DNA of 64,000 nucleotides from Microbotryum violaceum (taxonomy: Eukaryota): positions 1,736,001 through 1,800,000 of the forward strand of contig CDLV01000008.1 in the NCBI GenBank assembly GCA_001244265.2. The letters run 5' to 3'. This document shows positions 1-10,800 of the stretch, in pieces (position 1 is the first letter of the stretch; each line of letters begins with the position of its first letter). The notes beneath the pieces are model-generated. The model saw only the letters and a program-made list of their open reading frames with translations. It was not told the DNA's origin and did no database searches. A program made the translations under genes and the position numbers.

Positions 1-526
1 TCGATCGCGAGGTGGTCAGGCAGGCTCCCCAGTTTGCATCCGAGTAGCCATGGAGCGGTTGGTTGGTCTTGCGGTAGTTGAGCCCCAAGTCCATCGTGCC
101 TTTGATGTAGCGGAGGACTTGCTTGATGGCTGTCCAATGCTCCGGGCCGGGTTGCTGCGAAAAGCGCGCGAGGTAGCTGACCATGAAAGCGAGGTCCGGA
201 CGAGTGCCAACCGCGGCGTACATCAACGAATCAATGGCCTGCAAGTAACGAGTGCGATCCTCAGGGGTAGCAGACGAGTTCTCGAAATCGAGGGCGACAC
301 CGGGTTGCATGGGGACGCTTGCCGGCTTGGCATCGGCGAATCGGAACCTGGCCAAGATATCTCGAAGGTAGCGCTCTTGGGAAAGTGTGATGGACCCGTC
401 GTGCCCGCGTTTGACTTGGATGCCGAGGATGTATTCGGCAGGCCCGAGACGTTTGATACCATATGCGAGTTCCAACGCGTCGAGAACCCTGTTGATCTCG
501 GCGGTAGAGGGCCCAACCAACAGCAA
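1..526 (-). mobile_element. Ty1/copia LTR retrotransposon pol fragment (C-terminal reverse transcriptase into RNase H), running off the left edge
   Basis: Manual minus-strand translation from 526 (no start codon, so absent from the ORF track): [40 protein letters not shown]...ITLSQERYL...[29 protein letters not shown]...[15 protein letters not shown]...[10 protein letters not shown]. These are copia RT and RNase H motifs. Confidence 0.93.
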
Positions 527-788
527 TGTAATACACCCCGTTGGAGTGTACACCTGAGCGGCGACGACAAGGATCACAGGACCAAAGTATGTAGAATTGA
601 CACTGGACACTTGTATCAGTCGCTGGTATGACAATGCCTTCTGATCCACCTTGTGCTCACCTGGACACTTGTATCAGTCGCTGCAGAGAGACTAAGAGTG
701 CCCAGGCGCGCGTCCCCTCCTCCTAAGGCCCAGGCGCACGGGCCTTACACTCTCCACCACCTAAACCAAACTCTCCTCCCTCCTTACA
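527..788 (-). mobile_element. 3' LTR of a Ty3/gypsy chromovirus
   Basis: Inverted termini TGTAA (527) and TTACA (784-788; alternative 745-749). A purine tract AGGAGGGTAGGG lies immediately 5' of it on the minus strand. The pol stop codon overlaps the LTR start. Internal 23-bp direct repeat at 603-625 and 661-683. Confidence 0.7.
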
Positions 789-1816
789 CCCTACCCTCCT
801 TGCCTTGTCCTCCCCCCGCCTTCCCCCTCTCCCACTCTTCCAACGCCGCGGTGTCCTCCAGGTGTGAGCACGGCTCCCATGTGTTGTCGCTGTCTGCCCA
901 CCCCTTCCATTTCACCAAGAACCTCTTCCTTGACCCCTTTCCCTTTTTGTCCACAATCCGTTCTACCTCCCACTCCTCGTTTCCTTGGACGATAATGGCC
1001 GCTGGTTCCGTTGCCTCTCGCCCTGGGAACACCACCCCATCGTTCTTTACCCAGCGTCGGAGCTTGGAGGCGTGGAAGACGGTGTGCGACTTGTTTCCTG
1101 CCTTGAGCTTCAGCTTGTAATTTGAGGTTTCCGGTCGTGCTGCTAGGACTTCGTAAGGGCCGTCAAACCGGGGAAAGAGTTTGGCTGACCGTGCTTCCCC
1201 ATCGGCCTTGTACCGCAGTCGTCGATCCCGCGAGTCGACTAAGACCATGTCGCCAACTGCAAACCCGGGCTCCGGTTTCCTCGCCTTGTTGCTCTGGTTG
1301 GCCTACCGGATCTTTGCAATTGCCAAAGTGTCTCGGGCTTCCGCAACCGCTGCTTCACGTTGTTCCACGATGGATTTGACTGCCTGTGATGTGGTTGAGC
1401 CTTCCACTGGGGTGATTGGTGTCAGCTCCGGCGTGAACCCGAGTACCACTTCAAATGGTGTCTTCCCCGTCGACCTGTTCATACTGGAGTTGATCACAAA
1501 CTCCACCGTAGCCAAGTGCTTCGACCAGTCGTTTTGCCGTCGGTTGACCATTGTTCGCAGGACTTGGATCACGGTCCGATTTGTTCGCTCGCTTCGGCCA
1601 TCCGTTTGCGGGTGAAAAGCCGTCGATGTTGCCAGTTTCGTTCCCAGCTGGCCCATGTACGCTCGCCAGAACTCGCTTGTGAAGAGCTTGTCGCGGTCTG
1701 AGACCAGCACTTGTGGCATGCCAAAGTGTTGATGCCACCCCTCGAAGAACCGGTCCGCGATTGTAGTCGCGTCGTCCGTTGTGCGGCAAGGGATGAGGCG
1801 AACGTAGCCTGAAAGG
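784..1816 (-). pseudogene. Ty3/gypsy (chromovirus) integrase plus chromodomain, 5'-truncated, with one in-frame stop
   Basis: Integrase core [10 protein letters not shown]...[20 protein letters not shown]...[20 protein letters not shown] motif [12 protein letters not shown]...HTVFHASKL; chromodomain EWEVERIV...[18 protein letters not shown] premature TAG at 1303-1305 separates two ORFs in the same frame. Confidence 0.93.
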
Positions 1817-3680
1817 TGCCAGAGCGGCCGAGCTTTTACTAATAGGAGTGTTGAGTAGGGGACCCAGGCTCGACCTGGCTCGACCCCGCGGTTGTGCCGA
1901 GGGTCAGGTCCTCAAATTCCATGACTCCCTTCCCATAATACCTCTTTGGCCCGCAATACACCCAAATCACACCGCGTGAGCCTACACACGGATCAAGTAA
2001 GGGAGTGGCGTCCACGCAAACTGGTCAGTACAAATCCGTCACAGATGCCTGTCTGGCGTGAAAACTACGGCGGTACCGACCTTTCGGGGAATTGCACAAC
2101 TGCTCCTCTTTACATTTGTCACGACATTCAAATACGTAGTGTGTGGACGGGAGAAGGGTGGCGTGTGCTCACCACAGGGGGAGAAACCAATCCGCTATGA
2201 CGAAGCTTGAGAACGAGGCGATGAGAAGGAAGGTGGCTAAGCACTTCATAATGATTTATTTTCAGCTTCAGTGGGGCTCCATGCAGGTAGGTAAAGGAAT
2301 GGGAAGAGAATAATGTGGGGGCGCGAGCCGAAAAAAAAAACGTTGTCATCAATGTCGCGGGGACCATTGCGGCAGGATCTCCTCCCTTCATTTCGGTCAA
2401 GTCACCAAGGTCAAGTCATCGGCCCCTTGTCGTCACAAACTTGTCCCAGCCGTGTGGCGATCCGTGAAGCTGATCGTTGTGAGAACTCTGATCGATAAAG
2501 AGGTGGTTGACTTAAGCGTCACGAGACTGCAGTGACGTTGGCTGCTGACTCCTGAACAGCAGTGCAGGGCCAACCCTTAAGTCAGCGGGAACGTGACGCC
2601 GCGATTTCGAGGGTACCGTCTACGGTATCGTCCTAGAGCCACGGAAAGAACAGTCTCTTGATTAAATACATAACCTGGAAAAGAGGGCCTGCACTTGATC
2701 GCTGGTTCGACTGCCACTCCGGCGAACCCTACTAGTAGCTGAGGCTCCGGCAACGCTTAAGCTTAGTTAGTTAACTAACCACGCCACCGCAAATAGTTAA
2801 CTAGATATCCCAAATATTGAGCCATAGTTGATAATTAGTTAGTTCCGGCTCTCGCTTTTGGCTTTTGCTGCAAGAGTTTGACGCTGAGGACTTTGGCGCG
2901 TGCGACCTCAACACCTCCCGCTGTAAGCCGTGCCCGCTCGCCTGCCTCGAGCCTTGGCCCGTAAGCTGGGTCAGTTCCGCTCTGCCTGCTGTTGCCGTAC
3001 CAGTGTTCGCTGCCTCTGCCACCCCCTGCCAAGTTGGTCGCCGTCCTAGATCTCTTCCTGCCCTCACACCTTTTGGCTGACAGGTTCCGAGCATCTCACA
3101 GGACCTCCCCACAGCTGGTCCGCACCCAGCGGCCCTCGCACCGACCCCCGAAGAAAATGACTACCTACCTGCAATAGGTCAGGTAAAGGCAACAAAGACC
3201 AAAACGATGTCGCATGTTGGAGCACGGTTGACGTGCGTTTTGGTTACGATTGCATAATTGTAACAGGTACGAGAGAGAGAGAAAAGGCGGGGGAGAAGGA
3301 AAAAATGCCGCGTCGGGTTATTGTTACTACACATCTTGTGGATTTTGGTTTCACACACGATCTTGCTCTTGCGAAAAAAAAAAGACATGCAGTGGAATGG
3401 GCGGGGGTGAAAGGTTTCGGAGGGGTTTCGAGGGTATGTAGGATAGGGAGGGAGGGACGTGTAAAGTGGAAGGATGTCGCTGTAAGGAGTCGACGAGGAA
3501 ACGAGGGTCTGAAATGAAGGGGAGGAATGAGGGGACGAAACAATTAACAAAGAGTGCGAGGTTGAACCGCCAGAGCGCTTCGTGCGGAGCGACACGACTC
3601 AAGGAGAACCAGGAGACCCAAGAGAGACAAGAACCGAGAAGAGGCGTACGAGCACCCAGTCAAGTAGAACGTGTGCGTGT

Positions 3681-5669
3681 CTACTTGGAGAGGTCGAGCT
3701 TCTTGGGCTTTTCCCAGGGGTAAGCGGGGTTACCGAAGTGACCGTAGCACGCCGTCTGGGCGTAGATGGGGGCCTGGAGACCGAGCTCCTTGACGATGAC
3801 TCCCGGTCGAAGATCCCAGTTCTTGAGGATGATCTTGGTCAAGTCGGCGTCGGTGTAGCCCTCCTTGACGGTGCCGTACGAGTCGACGAAGATGGACAAG
3901 GGCTCGGCGACACCGATGGCGTACGAGAGCTGCACGAGGGCACGCTCGGCGAGGCCGGCGGCGATCAAGGACTTGGCGATCCATCGAGCACTGTTGTTTG
4001 AGGGCAGTGTTGAGAGACGGGGTCAGCCGCGAGGTCGGCTCAGATGGGGGCAGGAGTGCGGCCAGAGAACTTACCTGTAGGCGGACGATCGGTCGACCTT
4101 GGACCAATCCTTACCCGAGAAGGCTCCACCACCGTGGGCGCCCCATCCTCCGTACGAGTCGACGATGATCTTGCGACCGGTCAAACCAGCATCACCCTGA
4201 GGGCCACCGATGACGAAGCGTCCGGAGGGCTGGATGTGGTAGACGGTCTTGTCAGTGAGCAACTTGGGGTCGATGACGGTCTTGACGACCTTCTCGATCA
4301 ACTCCTTGCGCAAGTCCTCGGTCGAGATCTCTTCGGCGTGCTGGGTCGAGATGACGACGGTGTCGACGCGCAGGGGCTTAACGGCTCCGTTGGGGAGCTT
4401 CTCGTACTCGATCGTGACCTGGGTCTTGGAGTCGGGGCGGAGCCATCCGAGCTCGCCGGAGCGGCGGAGGTCGGCCATCTTCTTGTTCAACTTGTGCGAG
4501 AGCATCAAGGTCAAGGGCATCATCTCCTCGGTCTCGTTGGTGGCGTAGCCGAACATGATACCCTGGTCACCGGCACCGTGGTTCTCGAGGTTGCCGTGGT
4601 CGAGACCCTGGGCGATATCGGGCGATTGTTGCTCGATCGCGACGAGAACGTTGCAGGTCTTGTAGTCGAAACCCTTCTCCGAGTCGTCGTAGCCGATCCT
4701 CTTGATCGTGTCACGGATGATCTTCTGGTAGTCGAGAGGGGACTTGGTGGTGATTTCACCGAAGACCATGATCTGATGGTCACAAAAATTGCCCGCATGT
4801 CAGTTTCGGTCCAGTATAGTGCACACCGACTCTGGCCGGGGTCTGCGAAGTAGTCGTGTCGAAGTCACTCACTAAACCAGTCTTGGCAGCGGTCTCACAG
4901 GCGACCTTGGACCAAGGGTCGTCCTTGAGGCAGGCATCGAGGATGGCATCCGAGATCTGGTCGCAGATCTTGTCTGATGGTGCGAAACACACGAGCGAAG
5001 GTCACAAAAAGGTCGAGGGGGTCAGCGTCGCACATTCGCTTGAAGCCACGTGGAATCGGCAGTGATGATGGAGGCGCGATCGGAGGCGTCGACATAGGTG
5101 GATATACAGATCACAGATCGAATCCGACGAGGGTGTAGCGGGGGACAGGACCAGTAGACAGGAGAGCCATCAACCGGCACAGCTCATCTCACGGGCTTCG
5201 CCAAATGGATTCAGCCGACCCGGGCGCGCGTGGTCGATCCCCCAACCATTCCTCGACTCGACGCTGATACACGTGGAGACACGCACCCTGGATCGTGCAG
5301 AGCCAGAAACCATGCATTGGGCAAGCGACACCGGAAGGGAGTGGAACCATGTCGCAAAGTCACCCCCCGTTGCAGGTGCGGGACCAGATACGACTTTTTT
5401 GTTCAGGCCGGTCGCACGTCGCTCCTCGTGTGAAAATGGGCATGCGCATGATGTCGCCATCGAGGCGGCTGTCCGCTTTCCGCCGGGCCCGCTTGGACCG
5501 ACCTCCGCACACACAAAGCCAGCACGCTCCCGCCGATTAACTTACCAGGGTGACCTTCTCCGACGGATTCGGCTATATGACATGAAACTCACAGAGTCAG
5601 TCTCACGAAAGAAGGCGCCGAAACCACAAGAAATGCGCACGTACACGTGAAGAGGAATTTGGAGGACAT
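3681..5669 (-). CDS. SAM2: S-adenosylmethionine synthetase (MAT), 5 exons
   Basis: Exons 5669-5645, 5572-5546, 4973-4873, 4772-4075 and 3990-3681 give [33 protein letters not shown]...[12 protein letters not shown]...[21 protein letters not shown]...GGGAFSGKD...YGHFG. All introns are GT-AG. Confidence 0.97.
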
Positions 5670-6426
5670 TTTGCGAAGGGGAAATGGGTTGATCTATGCA
5701 CGTGTGCCCATCGCGAACCAGCGCCGCAGCCCAGTTGACCCATGAAAGCGGAGCGGAGGGGAGGAGCAAGCAACAACGTAGAGGAAAGGAAGTGTAGAGT
5801 AGTATGGGTCAGTTCGGAGAGGAACAATGATGTAAAAGTCGGCCGATAACGTACATGAGGAGGGATAAGTTGCGGGAGCAAAGTGATGGGGAAGAAGCGA
5901 AGCCGTCAATGATCAAGCTCAGCGACGGTTCGATCACGTTTGTCTTACGCGCGGTAAGAGCGCATTAGCTCCTCTCACAATTGCGCCTTGCCGACCGCAG
6001 GCACCCCTGATTAGCAAGGCGACCTTGGCTCGAATTGTCCACCCCAGCCGACCCTAGGATTCGCTGCATCGCAAGTCTGCTCTCAAAACCCGAGCGATCA
6101 CCAAATCCAGCTGAACCATTCTCCTCAATCAAAGCTGACATAATCTGACGGAAATGCTCTCCGCCCTTCCGTCGGCTTTGGCCCGTACCGATGAATTTTC
6201 GGCTCACAGGGTATCCATTTTTGTCTGGAAGTTTGCCCGACGTAATTTCAACTTTCGGATTGACGTAAGATCTGCCCTCGAGGCTGGATCGTCAGCTGCA
6301 GCGAGCTCGTACTGTGATCGTAGTGGACGAGGAGCACACACTCCGGCCTGGGGGAGGATCGCGCATTGTCGTCGCATGCGATCTTCCCAGGAGAACAAAT
6401 TATTGTAAAATGTTCTCATGTGGTAA

Positions 6427-6545
6427 CTGATGAAGACCACGACTCAGTCCAATGGAACGGGACGAGAACAGAATGAGTAGGATTCCAGAGAATGCATACC
6501 TGATGAAGACCACGACTCAGTCCAATGGAACGGGACGAGAACAGA
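6427..6545 (-). repeat. 46-bp perfect direct repeat (period 73) whose unit is intron-shaped; possibly inside a solo LTR (~6428-6698)
   Basis: CTGATGAAGACCACGACTCAGTCCAATGGAACGGGACGAGAACAGA at 6427-6472 and 6500-6545. The surrounding segment has TG...CA ends but no clean target-site duplication. Confidence 0.85.
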
Positions 6546-7806
6546 GTGGCCAAAGGCTAAGGGACAAACTCCAGAAGGACTAGGAAGGGATGATAAGCGG
6601 AGACAATAAAGAGCTAATAGTGACTAAAAGGGTAAGACAAATGAGGTGCTGAAGGGATTCATGAAGTCGCTAGAGGCTCAAGATGAAGTGCCATAACAGG
6701 TACTATACGTAGACTGAAGGACGATGCAACCATATAATGACACAAATCAGCCAGTTTTGATGAAGACTTGGCTTGCGGCGGCTTGATCTTCATTCAGATT
6801 GAGTGTGGGTACGAGGTGCGCAGTGAGACATATTGGCGCAGACCCAGTCTGTGTGACGAACACGGGGTCGACCACGAGATCATTGAGCAATTCACGGAGT
6901 ATACCTCGCGAATACGTAGAGCAGCACCTCAGTCAAGTCACACTTGAACATTGTTTCCTCGGAGATTGTCTGTCAAATCTCCGTGTTCTGTGGAATCGGA
7001 TTCGGACCCGCAAGGCATTGGCGCCAACGCCACCGTCAAACCCCTCTCCGAGTTTGACGACTGCCGTGGGGCGAGTCACTCGTGGCGTACGCGCTCAGTC
7101 ACACTTGCCTCGGACTCTTTGCAGCGCTTCGCGGGGGGGATGCACACGTTATCTACAATTATGGAGAGATACGGGCGATGTTGGAGAGGCGAAGGGGTTC
7201 GGCCCATCGGGCGAAAATCCGAGGGATTCATGTCACGGAGAGGAGGTGCGATCGCGGCGGGACGAGGGTGCGCGGTGCGATCATGGCGTTTCGCTGGTCC
7301 AGCCTGCCAGGTACGTCCAAGCCAAGTTGGTGGCGTAAGAGACATGGTCTCAAGTTGATCGACGATTTACCTGATCTCAGCCCTGCATCTATTCGTGTCG
7401 ATGGGCACAGACTGCAGGACAATGAAGCGAGCCGTGACTCATTCGAGGCAGAGCCCGATGAGATGTATTGGAAGCATATCCAGGTACAGTGCGTGGCCTC
7501 TACCAGAAGTATTCGATAAGTTTGACTTTTGGCTGCATGAACCAGGGAATGATTGCTTCCGCAAGGTGGGAGCCGGCGAGGTAGACAACAAGAATCGGGA
7601 CAGACACTCATCTCATCCACTCCGATCCAAGAAGGCGCAGTCGCTCTGCAAAGAACAGGATTCTTGATCCAAACATGATCGTTACAATGACTCGTCTGAC
7701 CTTTACACAGCCGCGAATTCAGCGATTCAAGAAGATATGTCCCGGATACAACGACTCTAGCCAAGCGATGGAACGACTATACAAACACCGTCTCGAACCC
7801 TCCACC

Positions 7807-10800
7807 TTACTGATGCTTCTCCAAGTCCTGCTGCGAGACCAACTCAAAGTAGATGCCCTTCTTGGACAACAACTCAAAGTGTCGGCCCTGTTCGGCGACG
7901 CGGCCGTCCTTCAAAACGTAGATGATGTCTGCGGCTTGAATTGTCGAGAGACGATGCGCGACGGCGATCGTCGATCGACCTTTGGCGGCTTGGTCGAGCG
8001 CCGTCTGTACAACCTTCTCGGATTCGGAGTCGAGTGCAGAGGTCGCTTCGTCCAACAACAGGATCTTGGGGTTGCGGATCAAGGCACGAGCAATGGCGAT
8101 GCGTTGCTTCTGACCACCCGAGAGCTGCGTTCCTTTGCCACCGACCTCGGTCGCGTACCCATCGGGCAGGGACATGACAAAGTCGTGAATGTTGGCATCC
8201 TTGCAAGCTCGCTCGACTTGCTCCTGTGACACCTGGTCCGCGGGAACGGTCGCTCCCAGGGTGATGTTGAATTTGACCGATCCGGCGTACAGAGTTGGCT
8301 CTTGCGAGACAAGCGACACGTGGTCACGGTACGAGTTGACATTGAGGCGCGAGATGTCTTGACCATCGACCATGACGTGGCCGGCCAGGGGATCGTAGAA
8401 TCTTTCGACAAGCTGAATCAAAGTCGATTTACCGCAACCGGAGGGGCCGACGATGGCGACGAACTGTCCTGGCTTGACCTCGAGATCGAGGCCACGGAGT
8501 ACGCGGACGTGCGGTCGGGTAGGGTAACGGAAATGGACGTCCTGGAACTTGATGTGGCCGTGGCACTTGGTCAACTTCTCGCCGCTAGGATCCTCGGCGT
8601 CGATCTCGGGGCGCGAGTCCATCAGGTCAACAGCATCGGAGGCGGCACCTCGGGCCTTGGACATGTCGGGGACATAGTTGAAGACATTGCCAGCTTGAAT
8701 GGAACCAAACACAATCGAGATCATGGCGACGAAGAAGGTGCGCGTCGACAATTCGCCGTCGACGAGTTGGTGCGAACCGTACCAGAAAATCAAGCCGATG
8801 ACGAGGAAGGTGAGCGATTGCGAGATCGCATACCACATGTTGGCCCAAAGCGCGGTGCGGTTCGAGACATGCATCGGCTCGTCGAGGTACTCGGAGTAGA
8901 TACGGCAGCAGTCCGCTTCCCGGGTCAAGGAAGCAACGGTTCGGATCGCACTCGCTGCCTCGCAGGCCATCTGGGCGGACTTTTCGTGGCTCTTCTTGTT
9001 TTTGACGTCCTTGAGCACAACGACCCTAAGTCGGACGACACCGGCGGCGATTGTGATAGGCATGCACGCAATACCGACGAGTGCAAGCTTCCATGCGTAG
9101 GAAAGACCAACGATCGCACCAGCGAGCAGAGTAACTAGAGGCAAGCAGCACGAACCGTCAGCACGGGAAGCTGGCATCCAGGAGCAGCCACACCACGAAA
9201 GCAACTCACAGCAGGACTGGATTATAACACCGGCGGTGAGTCCAAACAAGCCGTTAATCTTTTGAGCATAGTCCGCGATCGTAGCAGTCAAATGACCCGT
9301 CGAGTTTTCATCTCGATCGAAGAAGGCGATCTGGCGCAGGTCGCGGGGGAACAGGTTAGTAAGCTGAGGGCAACACCCGGGGCAGTGAGCGGGCAAACTC
9401 ACGTCCTGACGAAGAATCGAAGCGAAAGTATTCTTGCGGAGCTTGCGCGACAGGCGTTCAGCCGAGGCACCTGCAAGAGTGATCAAAGACTTTGCTGAGT
9501 AAAATGCGCGGGGAGGAAGGCCCGGCGCAACACGTAAACGACGTACCAAAGTAGTAGTTCTGGACGGCAATGCCGACAGTCGCGACGAGAGCAATAATGA
9601 AACAGTACAAGGCAAAGCGATTACCACCGGCCCTCAACTCGGCCCGCTGCGTTTGAACATCAAGTGCGAAGATGCCGAGGACGCCACCGAAGACGATACC
9701 GAAGATGGGGTACACGCAGCCCGAAACGATGGCAGCCACGAGACCAAGGAAATAATCCATCTTTCGATCGCTGTTAAGCTTGAGCATGCGACCAATGAGG
9801 TAGATGAATGAGTGCTTCTGCTTCTTGGTGCGGCCCGTCTCGAGGTCCTCCTTGTTGCGCTGTGACAGGGCCTCGGAGGCTGCGGAGCGACCAGTGCCGA
9901 CACGCTTGAGCGTTTCAAACTGAGGCTTCTCGTTCCTGGCCATCTCGTCGACCTGTTCGCGCGTCAAGTTGCCGATCGCGGTGGACTTTTCGCGCTCATC
10001 GACGGAAGCCGAGTCGGATCCAGAATCGGCATCCTCCTCTTCGGCCTCGCGGAACTTTTGCGCGTTGACGAGGCGAGAGTATGCGCCCTCGGGGTTGCGC
10101 AACAGGAACTCGTGGGCGGAGGAGCCACCGGTGGACATGGCTGACTCGAGAATGTGGCCAGCGGTGAGAACGATGATCTGATCGGCATCCTTAATTGTCG
10201 ACAGGCGATGGGCGATCGTGATCGTGGTGCGACCAGCCGATGCGCGGTCCAAGGCATCTTGCACGACCACTTCGGAGGCAGTGTCAAGCGCCGATGTAGC
10301 CTCATCGAGCAACAGGATCTGAGGGTCACTGATGATGGCGCGCGCGATAGCAATGCGCTGCTTCTGGCCTCCCGAAAGGAGCATACCACGTTCTCCAATG
10401 AGCGTATCGTAGCTTTCGGGGAGGGCCGAGATAAATCCATCGGCGTTCGCTTGCTTAGCAGCGGCAATTACTCGCTCGCGCTTCGCATCCTTCGATTCGT
10501 CCTCGTACTTGGAGCCGATGAGACCCATCTCGATGTTGCCGGCGACGGTTGCCGCAAACAAGGTGGGCTCTTGCGAGACGAGGCCGATTTGGTTGCGCAG
10601 CCATCTGACGTTGAGCTCCTTCAATTCGATGCCGTCCAACTTAACCGAGCCCCCGACGGGGTCGTAGAAGCGCTCGCACAGACCAACGATGGTCGACTTG
10701 CCCGAACCGGAACCTCCGACGAGTGCCGTAGTCTTGCCGCGAGGGAACACAGCACTGAACTTGTACAGAACCTGAACGGAAGGACGAGACGGATAAATAA

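Noticed and set aside
50-631. 193-aa plus-strand ORF
   Set aside because: Antisense shadow of the copia pol frame.
1303-1305. Probable CAG-to-TAG stop as evidence of RIP-like hypermutation
   Set aside because: One or two transitions are not enough, and the TE fragments remain GC-rich with mostly open frames.
1817-2043. Possible additional LTR truncating the gypsy integrase
   Set aside because: Only TG...CA ends; no second copy, longer inverted termini or target-site duplication to support it.
2760-3180. TAGTTAACTA palindromes and a possible degenerate copia LTR/primer site (…TGACA GGTTCCGAGC)
   Set aside because: The resemblance is weak and no gag ORF follows.
6427-6472. CTGATGA resembling a hammerhead ribozyme core, and a repeat-spacer-repeat layout resembling CRISPR
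   Set aside because: No stem II followed by GAAA could be built. There are only two repeat copies, no cas genes, and the context is eukaryotic.
5900-7800. Several 80-180 aa ORFs between SAM synthetase and the ABC transporter
   Set aside because: No recognisable motifs or consistent exon chain; may be decayed sequence.
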